DNA of 64,000 nt, from the NCBI GenBank assembly GCA_963668675.2, contig CAXXMB010000001.1:320001-384000 (forward strand), read 5' to 3'. Source of the stretch: an uncultured Desulfatitalea sp. (GTDB lineage Bacteria; Desulfobacterota; Desulfobacteria; Desulfobacterales; Desulfosarcinaceae). Shown one piece after another: positions 51,613 through 61,016 of the stretch. The notes below the pieces were generated by a model. It was not told the DNA's origin. It worked only from the letters and a program-made list of their open reading frames with translations, and made no database searches. Position numbers and translations under genes: made by a program. Position 1 is the stretch's first letter. Each line of letters starts with the position of its first letter.

Positions 51613-53697
51613 TTACGCTACGTTCTTCTTCTCGGTGGCCTTTTTGGCAATCTCTTCGGCGATCGATTGCGGCACCTGCCTGTAGACAGCGAATTCCATC
51701 GTAAATTGCGCCTTGCCCTGCGTCAGGGATCTTAACACCGTCGAGTAGCCGAACATCTCGGCAAGCGGCACCTGGGCCTCGATGGCACACATCACCCCTT
51801 CATCCTGGGTGCCGACGATCATGCCGCGGCGCTGGTTCAATGAGCCCATGGCCTGGCCCTGATACTCGGTGGGGGTCTCGACCACCACCTTCATGATCGG
51901 CTCCTGGATCACCGGTTTGGCCTTGGGGTATGCCTGCAGGAACCCGCCCCGGGCTGCCGCCTGAAAAGCCATCTCCGAAGAGTCCACGCTGTGGGATGCA
52001 CCATCGTTGAGAACCACGCGGATGCCGGTCACCGGAAATTCAAGTCTAGGGCCTTTGGCCATGCAACCCTTGAATCCCTTTTCGCATGCCGGAATAAATT
52101 GCGTGGGGACGTTGCCTCCGGTCACCTTGTTTTCGAAGATGAAATCGTCTTCGCTGCAGGGTTCGATATAGCCAGCCACACGTCCGTACTGTCCGGAACC
52201 GCCGGTCTGTTTCTTATGTATATAGTCGAACTCAGCCATCTGCGTAATCGTTTCACGATAGGCCACCTGGGGCGCTCCGGTGGTCACCTCGGCGCTATAT
52301 TCCCGGCGCATGCGCTCGATGTAAACCTCCAGGTGCAACTCGCCCATTCCTGAAATGATGGTCTCCCCGGTCTCTTCATTCACGTATGTTTTAAAGGTGG
52401 GATCCTCTTTGTTAAACCGGTTCAACGCTTTGGACATATTGATTTCGGCTTTATGATCTTTGGGGGCGATGGCCAGGGAGATGACCGGTTCGGGCACGTA
52501 CATGGAGGTCATGGTCAGGTGGACATCCGGGGAGACGAACGTATCACCCGACGCGCAGTCGATACCGAACAGGGCGCCGATGAAACCGGCCCGCAACTCG
52601 GGGATATCCTCCATCTGATTCGCATGCATCCTTACCAGTCGGCCGACCTTGATCTTTTTGCCGGTGCGGACATTGACAACCGTATCGCCCTTTGCCAGTT
52701 TGCCTTGATAGACGCGGATATAGGTCAACTGGCCATATTGGCCGTCTTCAAGCTTAAACGCAAGAGAAACGGTAGGCAGTTTGGAATCGGTTTTCAATAT
52801 GACCGGCGCTTCGTCAGCATTTAGATCCAGGGCCTCGTTGGTTACATCCTCGGGGCAGGGGAGCAGATGGACGACCGCGTCGAGCAGAGGCTGGATGCCA
52901 CGGTTCTTATATGCCGATCCCATGAAAACCGGGGTCAGCTTGCGCAGCAGCACGCCGTTGCGAACCGCATCCAATAGAAGCTCCGCTGAAACCGGCTGCT
53001 CTTCCAGAACAGCTTCAGTCAGATCATCGGAGAACATGGTGGCCGCGTCGATGAGCGTTTCCCGCCTCTGGTCGGCCTCCTCCTGCAGTTCTGCAGGGAT
53101 ATCCTTTTCGACCACATTTTCTCCGTTTTCACCTTCAAAGTAGAGGGCTTTCATGGTCACCAGGTCGATGACTCCCTCATGCTTGGCTTCCAAGCCAATG
53201 GGAATCTGCATGGCAATGGCATTGTGACCGAGTTTGGTGCTGAGCTGCTCGATCACCCTGAACGGGTTGGCGCCGCTGCGGTCGCATTTATTGACAAATG
53301 CGATGCACGGAACGTTGTAGCGCTTCATCTGTTGATCGACGGTGATGGATTGGGATTGAACGCCTCCCACCGAGCACAGGACCAGGATTGCGCCGTCGAG
53401 CACCCGTAGCGAGCGCTCCACCTCAATGGTGAAGTCCACATGGCCCGGCGTGTCGATGATGTTGATTTCATTCTTCTTCCATTGGCAGAAGGTGGCCGCC
53501 GAGGCGATTGTGATGCCGCGCTCCTTTTCGAGCTCCATCGAATCCATGGTGGCGCCGACGCCATCCTTGCCCTTGACATCATGGATGGCATGAATGCGCT
53601 GGGTATAAAAAAGGATGCGCTCGGTCAGCGTGGTTTTGCCGGAATCGATGTGGGCACTGATGCCGATGTTACGAACGGATTGGGTGCTGGTGTTCAT
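51613..53697 (-). CDS. fusA: Elongation factor G (stand-alone copy)
   Basis: [64 protein letters not shown]. Confidence 0.97.
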   Translation of the reverse strand: MNTSTQSVRNIGISAHIDSGKTTLTERILFYTQRIHAIHDVKGKDGVGATMDSMELEKERGITIASAATFCQWKKNEINIIDTPGHVDFTIEVERSLRVLDGAILVLCSVGGVQSQSITVDQQMKRYNVPCIAFVNKCDRSGANPFRVIEQLSTKLGHNAIAMQIPIGLEAKHEGVIDLVTMKALYFEGENGENVVEKDIPAELQEEADQRRETLIDAATMFSDDLTEAVLEEQPVSAELLLDAVRNGVLLRKLTPVFMGSAYKNRGIQPLLDAVVHLLPCPEDVTNEALDLNADEAPVILKTDSKLPTVSLAFKLEDGQYGQLTYIRVYQGKLAKGDTVVNVRTGKKIKVGRLVRMHANQMEDIPELRAGFIGALFGIDCASGDTFVSPDVHLTMTSMYVPEPVISLAIAPKDHKAEINMSKALNRFNKEDPTFKTYVNEETGETIISGMGELHLEVYIERMRREYSAEVTTGAPQVAYRETITQMAEFDYIHKKQTGGSGQYGRVAGYIEPCSEDDFIFENKVTGGNVPTQFIPACEKGFKGCMAKGPRLEFPVTGIRVVLNDGASHSVDSSEMAFQAAARGGFLQAYPKAKPVIQEPIMKVVVETPTEYQGQAMGSLNQRRGMIVGTQDEGVMCAIEAQVPLAEMFGYSTVLRSLTQGKAQFTMEFAVYRQVPQSIAEEIAKKATEKKNVA

Positions 53698-53980
53698 CTT
53701 ATTTTTCCCTTTGTTGCAATTTTCAAACACAAACGCTTGGAGACACTAATCTTTCTCTATGGCCCTTTTCCCCGAAAAATCAAACAACAGAACAACGTGT
53801 TTCATCTCCATCAATTTTAGCAATGGATACGACAGTCCTTTACCCGCAATGAGCAGAGGGAAATTACAGGAGAAAGGTTAGCAGGTGATGAGCAGATTCC
53901 ATGGCTTGTTTCTTACGTGCAAAATGAAACCCCCATCTGGTCAACCACCAAATGAGGGGGTGATGCCAATGAAAGCCGCG

Positions 53981-54009
53981 AACATAATGACCTCCGAAGG
54001 GGTTGTCAA
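53981..54009 (-). promoter_or_regulatory. Putative sigma70 promoter upstream of fusA
   Basis: Minus strand TTGACA-17 nt-TATGTT. Confidence 0.55.
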
Positions 54010-54037
54010 TAGAAAAGTGAGAAAAACAGTGCGCCTT

Positions 54038-54529
54038 TTAATCGTTCTCATCATCGATGATAATGGCACCATCTTCATCCCGTTTGACTCGGGTGATGCC
54101 CGGCGCCTGTTTTTCGAGAGATGCCATCAATGAGTAGGAACGCTCGCCGAAGCTGCCCTTGCTGTGGTGGTCGAGTGCCTCCTTCACAGCAGTGTGCAGC
54201 TGCTCGCTGTTGCAGGGCTTTGTGAGAAAGCGATATATTTCACCCTCGTTAATCGCTTTGATGGCCGCTTCAACAGAGGCGTGGCCGGTCAGAATCATGC
54301 GCACCGTTTCGGGATAGCGCTCCTTCACAATGGCCAGAAATTCGGATCCGGGCATCCCCGGCATGCGTTCATCGGAGATGACCACGTCGATACGTTGATG
54401 GGTCATCAGGTCCAACGCCTCTGAGGCGGAACGGGCCGCAAAGACATCATAGGGCCCCTTTGCAAGGATGTCCTTGACCACACTGAGGACGAGCGGTTCG
54501 TCATCGACGATCAGCACTGTTGGATGCAT
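54038..54529 (-). CDS. Response regulator receiver protein with short C-terminal tail
   Basis: LIVDDE, VISDERMP, ILTGHA, FLTKP. Confidence 0.92.
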   Translation of the reverse strand: MHPTVLIVDDEPLVLSVVKDILAKGPYDVFAARSASEALDLMTHQRIDVVISDERMPGMPGSEFLAIVKERYPETVRMILTGHASVEAAIKAINEGEIYRFLTKPCNSEQLHTAVKEALDHHSKGSFGERSYSLMASLEKQAPGITRVKRDEDGAIIIDDEND

Positions 54530-54744
54530 GGTTTTTCCTTCGGTTTGGCTAGGCAGGCTTCATGTCAGCTTTTTTAACTAAACATCTGTCAATTGCCGCT
54601 GTCAATCCTTTTCGTTTTTGAAATGCCCGCTTGACTAATGCGTGCAGTTTAAGTCAAATATGCGCTTTGACAGAAACACACCATCGCGGTTTCGTTTACA
54701 CCCCCCTGGAAATGAAGCCGGTGACTCACCAAAAGGAGATACGG

Positions 54745-56631
54745 ATGGATATCAGGGAGCATTGCCCCGATAAGGTGGCCACTGCTAAAGAGGCGCTGTC
54801 CCACATAAAAAACGGCAGCCGCATTTTCATCGGTACCGGCTGCGGTGAACCGCAGCATCTGATCCGGTCACTGGTCGCCAACCCCATCATTCAGGATGCG
54901 GTCATCTATCAGATGCTCTCCTTCACCCTCTCGAATTATGTGGATGATCCGAAATTCCTGCGCAGATTCGCCCTTAAACTCTTTTTTATCAGCACCAGTA
55001 TGCGTAAAGCGGCCTTCGAGGGCAAGATCGACTATCTGCCGGCCTATCTCTCCCAAATCCCCAATATGTTCGCCAGCAACCGCATCGGTCTGGACGTTGC
55101 GCTGGTGCAGGTCAGCCCTCCGGATCGATTCGGATATTGCTCTCTGGGGGTCTCGGTCGACATCACCAAGGGGGGATTGGAAGCGGCAAAGATGGTGATC
55201 GCTCAGGTCAATCCGCTGATGCCCCGAACCTGGGGAGACTGCATCGTCCATGTGAACGACATCGATTATTTCGTCGTCCATGAGGAGCCGCTCGTTGAAG
55301 CCGTTTCCCTTTCCAAGAATCAGGAAGTGGCCAGCCGCATCGGATACTACATCAACCAGCTCGTGGACGACGGCGCGACCATCCAGATCGGCTTCGGCCA
55401 CCTGCCCAACGCCATATTGACCTACCTGAATGACAAGAAGGACCTGGGGGTCCACACCCAGGTGATTACCGACGCATTCTTGCCGCTGCTGGAAAAAGAT
55501 GTCATCACCAACAAGAAGAAGACGCTTCTGCCCGGTCGGGTGGTTGCCTCTTTGTGCATGGGGTCTGAAAAGCTCTACCGTTATGTCGATGACAATCCCC
55601 AATTCTACTTCCGTTCATCGGACTTCGTAAACGACCCGACGGTGATTGCCCGCAACGACAACCTGGTCTCCATCTCATCGGCGCTCGAGGTCGATCTAAC
55701 CGGTCAGGTCTGCACCGATTCGATGGGTTATCTCTTCTACAGCGGTATCGGCGATCAGGTCGACTTCCTGCGCGGCAGCGCCATGTCCAAAGGCGGATTT
55801 TCGATTATCGCACTGCCTTCCACCGCCCAGGGCGGAAAAATTTCACGTATCGTACCGCACCTGAGCGAGGGCGCGGGCGTGGCGACCACACGCGGCGACG
55901 TCAACTTCGTGGTCACCGAATATGGGATTGCGGAACTGCAAGGCAAAAGCATCTACCAGCGGGTCATGGAGCTGGCCCAGATTGCCCATCCCAAATTTCG
56001 GGAAGAGCTCGTCGATGTGGCCAAGAAGCGCCACTACATCTTTGGCGACCAGTTGCCGCCGGCTCAGGATGATCTGATTTTTCTGGAGAGTTATAAATCG
56101 AGGGTCACCCTGCGCAACGGAAAGACGATCGAGTTCAGGCCGCTGCTTCCCTCGGACGAGTTCGAATACCGCAACTTTTTCTACTCCTTGAAAGAGGAGA
56201 CCATCTATTTGCGGTTTTTCTACAAGATGAGATTGTTCTCTCACGAGCACGCCCAGCAGCAGTGGGCCAGTGTCGATTATCGTAAAAACATGTCGCTGAT
56301 CGGCCTGACCCAAAAGGGCGGCTACCAGGAGATCGTGGCCATCGGTTCCTATGCGGACGAAGGCACAGGCAGGGCAGAGGTTGCCTTTGTCGTTCGAGAA
56401 GATTACCAGGGCATGGGCGTCACCTCCCATATGCTGCCCCAGTTGGAGAAGATCGCAAAAGAGAACGGTTTTCACGGCTTTATCGCCACAGTGCTTAAAG
56501 AGAACAGGGCCATGCTGAGCGTCTTCAAAAAGAGATACCCCGGAGCGAAGTTGGATGTCAGCGGCGGCATCGACAACACCATCATCATGGATTTCGATGA
56601 TTCGAGCGACTCGTCGAAAGAGAAGGCGTAG
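54745..56631 (+). CDS. Acetyl-CoA hydrolase/CoA-transferase-like domain fused to Pat-type GNAT acetyltransferase
   Basis: QVSPPDRFGYCSLG, QIGFG, EVDLTGQV, VVTEYGIAEL; GNAT FRPLLPSD, IYLRFF, AEVAFVVREDYQGMG; AAGGAG RBS. Confidence 0.9.
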   Translation: MDIREHCPDKVATAKEALSHIKNGSRIFIGTGCGEPQHLIRSLVANPIIQDAVIYQMLSFTLSNYVDDPKFLRRFALKLFFISTSMRKAAFEGKIDYLPAYLSQIPNMFASNRIGLDVALVQVSPPDRFGYCSLGVSVDITKGGLEAAKMVIAQVNPLMPRTWGDCIVHVNDIDYFVVHEEPLVEAVSLSKNQEVASRIGYYINQLVDDGATIQIGFGHLPNAILTYLNDKKDLGVHTQVITDAFLPLLEKDVITNKKKTLLPGRVVASLCMGSEKLYRYVDDNPQFYFRSSDFVNDPTVIARNDNLVSISSALEVDLTGQVCTDSMGYLFYSGIGDQVDFLRGSAMSKGGFSIIALPSTAQGGKISRIVPHLSEGAGVATTRGDVNFVVTEYGIAELQGKSIYQRVMELAQIAHPKFREELVDVAKKRHYIFGDQLPPAQDDLIFLESYKSRVTLRNGKTIEFRPLLPSDEFEYRNFFYSLKEETIYLRFFYKMRLFSHEHAQQQWASVDYRKNMSLIGLTQKGGYQEIVAIGSYADEGTGRAEVAFVVREDYQGMGVTSHMLPQLEKIAKENGFHGFIATVLKENRAMLSVFKKRYPGAKLDVSGGIDNTIIMDFDDSSDSSKEKA

Positions 56632-56697
56632 CGGTTATCTCGAAAACGGCTTCTGCCTGTTTCTGAACCATTTTATGACGAAGGGCGTACATGCAGC

Positions 56698-57366
56698 ATG
56701 CAGCAAATCGGTTCCGAGGAGTGGATCGCAGCAGTAATTGAGGGCGCTTCCCGGCTGGGGCACACGGTCACCAAGGACCAAGCCCGTCAAATGGCGCTGC
56801 ATGCGCAATTACTGATCGAATGGAACCGGCGCGTCAATCTGACCGCCATCACCGATCCCATGGGGGTTGCCGTCAAACACTGCCTCGATGCCATTGCCCC
56901 GCTGCATCTGCTTCCAGATGAGGGGGCCTTACTCGACATCGGCACCGGAGGCGGCTTCCCGGGTATTCCTTTGAAAATCCTGCGGCCCGATTTGTCCATG
57001 ACCCTGATTGACAGCGTTCGCAAAAAGATCAGTTTCGTGAACCATGTCATCCGGCAGCTGAAGCTGCTCCAAATCGAGGCGTTGCATGTCAGGGCACAAT
57101 CTCTTGCACTCCAGGAGATTCACAAGGCGCGCTACACGGTAATTGTCTGCCGGGCCCTTTCGGATCTGAAGAGCGCGCTCCAATTGGCGCTTCCCCTTTT
57201 GGCGCCCCAAGGCCGGGTCATCGCCTATCAAGGCCCCAACGACCCTTCCATCGATAAAGTGATAGAGAGCGATATTGGTCGCCTCTTCCTACCCATAGAA
57301 AGGGTTTCCTATCGACTCCCCTTTCTCGGAGATGAGCGAAAGCTTGCGGTTCTGCAGAAGATCTGA
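56698..57366 (+). CDS. rsmG: 16S rRNA m7G527 methyltransferase
   Basis: WNRRVNLTAI, KHCLD, LDIGTGGGFPGIPL, IDSVRKK, CRAL. Confidence 0.94.
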   Translation: MQQIGSEEWIAAVIEGASRLGHTVTKDQARQMALHAQLLIEWNRRVNLTAITDPMGVAVKHCLDAIAPLHLLPDEGALLDIGTGGGFPGIPLKILRPDLSMTLIDSVRKKISFVNHVIRQLKLLQIEALHVRAQSLALQEIHKARYTVIVCRALSDLKSALQLALPLLAPQGRVIAYQGPNDPSIDKVIESDIGRLFLPIERVSYRLPFLGDERKLAVLQKI

Positions 57367-57384
57367 TGACTGTATAATAAAGCG

Positions 57385-57541
57385 CAACGCCAGCAACTCA
57401 AATTGGCTGCGCCGTGGAACCGGGCGGGCGTGAAGCCCGCCCCTACAAGTCTTTTTCATCATAACGCCGCGTGACTTTATGCAAACATCGTAGGGGCGGG
57501 CCTTACGCCCGCCCGTTGCAATGCCTAAGTCAATGACACCG
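57385..57541. mobile_element. Second REPIN-like copy, inverted relative to 33982-34140
   Basis: GGGCGGGCGTGAAGCCCGCCCCTAC and GTAGGGGCGGGCCTTACGCCCGCCC; degenerate outer IR ends (CTAAGTCAATGACA). Confidence 0.75.
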
Positions 57542-57713
57542 ACCTGAAACGCCCATCGGCACATCTGTTCACATCACCCGAAACTGATGTCGCTTTTATC
57601 ATACGGCTCTGCTGGTGATTCCAGGCGCCTAAAATGCCCAGCGGCATTTCGATCATCGGAATAAGGAAAGAAATTCGGATGTTGGTACCATGTCTGGTGC
57701 CTCTCATGTTTTC

Positions 57714-57729
57714 TGGCACTAGATTTGCT
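57714..57729 (+). promoter_or_regulatory. Sigma54 (-24/-12) promoter
   Basis: TGGCAC-TAGAT-TTGCT, consensus match about 30 nt upstream of the riboswitch. Confidence 0.85.
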
Positions 57730-57761
57730 TTGTCACAGGTCGGCGTCAGTTCAGATTGAGC

Positions 57762-57859
57762 TGCCCGAAATGGCAAACCATCCGAAAAGGTGGGACGCAA
57801 AGCCGCTGGCCTAAATCCCCGACAGATTGGGGACATGGTAGCAGGGTTGCCGAAGGCAA
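57762..57859 (+). ncRNA. c-di-GMP-I (GEMM) riboswitch
   Basis: GGCAAACCATCC-GAAA-AGGTGGGACGCAAAGCC, receptor CCTAAA...CATGG, GGTAGC.GGGTTGCCGAA; P1 TGCC/GGCA. Confidence 0.93.
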
Positions 57860-57921
57860 ACGAGTGCTCCTCCATAGGTTGCATCGGTTGTCTCAAAAAA
57901 TTGCACCTTGGAGGTAGTACT

Positions 57922-60888
57922 ATGTCAGCACGATCAGGCATGGCCGCCAAGAGATCCTTCGTCTGGGTCTTGGCCATCGGACTTCTTTTCACGTTTATCG
58001 CAACCGCACAGGCGGCCCAGGTCACCTTGGCCTGGGATGCCAATGACCCCACCCCGGACGGTTATCAACTCTACCAGAGAACCGAAGGCGGGACATATGA
58101 TTATGCTGCTCCAGCCTGGAGTGGTACCGGTACATCCTGCAGCCTGGACAATCTCGCAGATGAGACCACCTATTACTATGTGGTTCGCGCCTACTCTGAC
58201 GGCAGCGAAAGCGGTGACTCCAATGAGGTCACCTTCCGGTCCGAAACACCTGCACCTCAAAGCCATACCATAACGGCCTCTGCCGGAGCATACGGACAGA
58301 TTACACCCTCCGGAGCGACGACAGTGACCGAAGGTGAAAGCCAGTCGTATGCCATCTCCGCTTTTAACGGTTTCCATATATCAGATGTGACTGTTGACGG
58401 CGTATCTGTCGGTGCGGTTTCGAGTTATACGTTCAATGCTGTGGGTGCAGATCACGCCATCAGCGCCAGTTTTGCCGTCAATACGTATACCATCAGTGCA
58501 ACTTCCGGAAGCAACGGTTCTGTGTCGCCTGCGGGCAGCACCAGCGTGGCTTATAGCGGAAGCCAAGTCTACACCATCATCCCGGCAACCGGATACCATG
58601 TGGGCGATGTGCTGGTCGACGGGGCCTCGGTGGGGGCTGTCGACAGTTACACCTTCAGCAATGTGAGCAGCAGCCACACCATCAGCGCCAGCTTTGCAGC
58701 GAACAGCTATACGATCAGTTCAAGCAGCGGCGCCAACGGTTCTGTGTCGCCTGCGGGCAGCACCAGCGTGGCTTATAGCGGAAGCCAAGTCTACACCATC
58801 ACTCCGGCAACCGGATACCATGTGGGCGATGTGCTGGTCGACGGGGCCTCGGTGGGGGCTGTCGACAGTTACACCTTCAGCAATGTGAGCAGCAGCCACA
58901 CCATCAGCGCCAGCTTTACAGTGAACAGCTATACGATCTCTGCTACCGCCGGTCAGGGAGGATCGATCGATCCCGCCGGACAGGTGACGGTCAACGGCGG
59001 CGGCAGCCAGTTTTTTGCCATCAGTGCCGAAAGTGGCTACGAACTGGAATCGGTCATGATCGATGGCCAAAACATCGGCACCACGACTGGTTATACCTTT
59101 GATCAGGTGGCAGCGAACCATTCGATTTCGGTGCTGTTTAACCAGATCAATCAACAGCCGACGGCCGATGCGGGCCCGGACCAGAGTGTGGATGAAGCCC
59201 AGGAGGTGACCCTGAGCGGACTCAACTCGATGGATTCGGACGATGGCATTGCCTCATTTTCATGGCGCCAGATTCAGGGTGCCGGGGTCGAGTTGAGTGA
59301 TACTGCGAGTGCCGAGACAACCTTCACTGCTCCGGACGTGGACGTTGAGGGTGAGGCCCTGGTTTTTGAGCTGATCGTTACAGACAACAGCGGCGCAACG
59401 GCAGTCGATAACTGTATCGTCAACGTCTCATGGGTGAATGAAGCGCCGACCGCGCAAGCGGGCGCAGACCTGAGTGTGACGGAAGGAGAGCAGGTGTTTC
59501 TGGATGCGGGCAACTCGGTAGATCCGGACAACGGTATCGCAACCTACCAGTGGCGCCAGCTCCAAGGTCCTTCGGTGGTTCTCTCCGACACCATGGCGGT
59601 TCGACCGACCTTTACGGCACCGCAGGTCGATCCCCAGGGCGCTTCGATTCTGTTCGAGCTGACCGTGACCGATGGCGGCGGGTTGCAAGATACGGATCGT
59701 TGCATCGTTACCGTGAGCTGGAGCAATACGCCGCCGACGGCCGATGCCGGTCCGGACCAGCAGGTCGAAGAGGGCCAGGAGGTATATCTGAATGGCTCTA
59801 ACTCCATCGATTTGGATGATGGTATCGCCTCCTACCAGTGGCGACAGACAAATGGTTCCCCGGTAGTACTGTCCGATCCCACTGCGGTGCAACCCACCTT
59901 CTTTGCACCTGATGTGGCGTCCGAGGGGGTTTCCCTTACCTTCCAGTTGACTGTCACGGACAATGGCGGACTGCAGCACAACGACGCCTGTACGGTAAAT
60001 GTCTCCTGGGAGAATGAGGCTCCAGTGGCTGCTGCCGGTGTAGACCAGACGGTCAGCGAGGGGGAGACAGTCCAACTGCATGCTGGAGATTCAACCGATG
60101 CCGATGATGGCATCAGCGCCTATCAGTGGAACCAGATCAGTGGACCTGCAGTAACGCTTTCCGATCCCCAAGGTGTGCAGCCGACGTTCAATGCACCGGA
60201 TGTGGGTCCGGAGGGTGCATCCCTTGCCTTCCAGCTGACCGTGATCGACTTCAGCGGCCTGCAGAGCCAGGACGCGTGCATCGTCAACGTCACCTGGCAG
60301 AACATGCCCCCGATAGCCGATGCCGGTGCCGACCAGCAGGCAACTGCCGGTGAAACGGTCAGCCTCGATGGAACCGTCTCGGCGGATGGGGATGACGGTA
60401 TCAGCAGCTATCGCTGGAAGCAGATCGGCGGTATGCCGGTCACCTTGCAGGATACGAGTGCATCTGCAACCACCTTTATGGCCCCCGACGTTGTCGCGGA
60501 GACCACCCTCGAGTTTGAGCTGACCGTAACGGACAGCGGCGGCCTGCAAAGTGTCGACCACTGCGAGGTAATGGTGCAAGCCGATGCGGCTCCGGTACTG
60601 GACACAACGCCTCCGGAGGTGACGATCACGGATCCGGACGCCGCGTTCGTCTTCATCCGCAAGTCGAATATCACCCTGCGTGGCGTCGCTTCCGATAACA
60701 AAGAGATTGTTCGCGTCGTTTGGCAAAACAGTCGCGGCGGCAGTGGAGAAGCCACCGGTACCACGGCCTGGGAGATCGTCGATTTAAAGTTGAGCCGCTG
60801 GTTCAATACCATCACCGTGACCGCATACGATGCAGCGGGAAACAATCAATCAACCACCCTTCAGGTCTTTGCAGGCATATGGCGATAA
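57922..60888 (+). CDS. Large secreted surface protein: FN3, 4 Ig/InlB-B-like repeats, 5 PKD/K319-like repeats, C-terminal Ig domain
   Basis: GGAGG RBS, signal peptide ending AQA, VTLAWD..YYYVVRAY (FN3), TISASF repeats, five PxAxAGxD units. Confidence 0.9.
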   Translation: MSARSGMAAKRSFVWVLAIGLLFTFIATAQAAQVTLAWDANDPTPDGYQLYQRTEGGTYDYAAPAWSGTGTSCSLDNLADETTYYYVVRAYSDGSESGDSNEVTFRSETPAPQSHTITASAGAYGQITPSGATTVTEGESQSYAISAFNGFHISDVTVDGVSVGAVSSYTFNAVGADHAISASFAVNTYTISATSGSNGSVSPAGSTSVAYSGSQVYTIIPATGYHVGDVLVDGASVGAVDSYTFSNVSSSHTISASFAANSYTISSSSGANGSVSPAGSTSVAYSGSQVYTITPATGYHVGDVLVDGASVGAVDSYTFSNVSSSHTISASFTVNSYTISATAGQGGSIDPAGQVTVNGGGSQFFAISAESGYELESVMIDGQNIGTTTGYTFDQVAANHSISVLFNQINQQPTADAGPDQSVDEAQEVTLSGLNSMDSDDGIASFSWRQIQGAGVELSDTASAETTFTAPDVDVEGEALVFELIVTDNSGATAVDNCIVNVSWVNEAPTAQAGADLSVTEGEQVFLDAGNSVDPDNGIATYQWRQLQGPSVVLSDTMAVRPTFTAPQVDPQGASILFELTVTDGGGLQDTDRCIVTVSWSNTPPTADAGPDQQVEEGQEVYLNGSNSIDLDDGIASYQWRQTNGSPVVLSDPTAVQPTFFAPDVASEGVSLTFQLTVTDNGGLQHNDACTVNVSWENEAPVAAAGVDQTVSEGETVQLHAGDSTDADDGISAYQWNQISGPAVTLSDPQGVQPTFNAPDVGPEGASLAFQLTVIDFSGLQSQDACIVNVTWQNMPPIADAGADQQATAGETVSLDGTVSADGDDGISSYRWKQIGGMPVTLQDTSASATTFMAPDVVAETTLEFELTVTDSGGLQSVDHCEVMVQADAAPVLDTTPPEVTITDPDAAFVFIRKSNITLRGVASDNKEIVRVVWQNSRGGSGEATGTTAWEIVDLKLSRWFNTITVTAYDAAGNNQSTTLQVFAGIWR
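58512..58917 (+). repeat. In-frame tandem duplication with 222-nt period
   Basis: 58512-58695 and 58734-58917 differ at only 2 of 184 nt (ATC versus ACT). Confidence 0.92.
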
Positions 60889-60911
60889 TGATCTGCTGAG
60901 GGAAAAATCAC

Positions 60912-60991
60912 CGACGGCGGAAGGGGTTCTTCCGCCGTCGTTTTCATAAGCAAGACGGCCAGGGAGGATCTCCCCGGCCGTTCTCTTTTTG
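60912..60991 (+). terminator. Two consecutive terminator-like hairpins between convergent genes
   Basis: CGACGGCGGAAG/CTTCCGCCGTCG+TTTT and ACGGCCAGGGAG/CTCCCCGGCCGT+TCTCTTTTT. Confidence 0.8.
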
Positions 60992-61016
60992 TGGTCTGCC
61001 CGCTGAAAACAGATGG

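Noticed and set aside
57790..57921. N-terminal extension of the 1032-aa track ORF
   Set aside because: Runs through the riboswitch; ATG 57922 has the GGAGG RBS and is followed by a signal peptide.
58260..60580. Periodic repeats as a possible CRISPR or non-coding array
   Set aside because: In-frame protein domain repeats with no repeat-spacer structure; no cas genes in the window.
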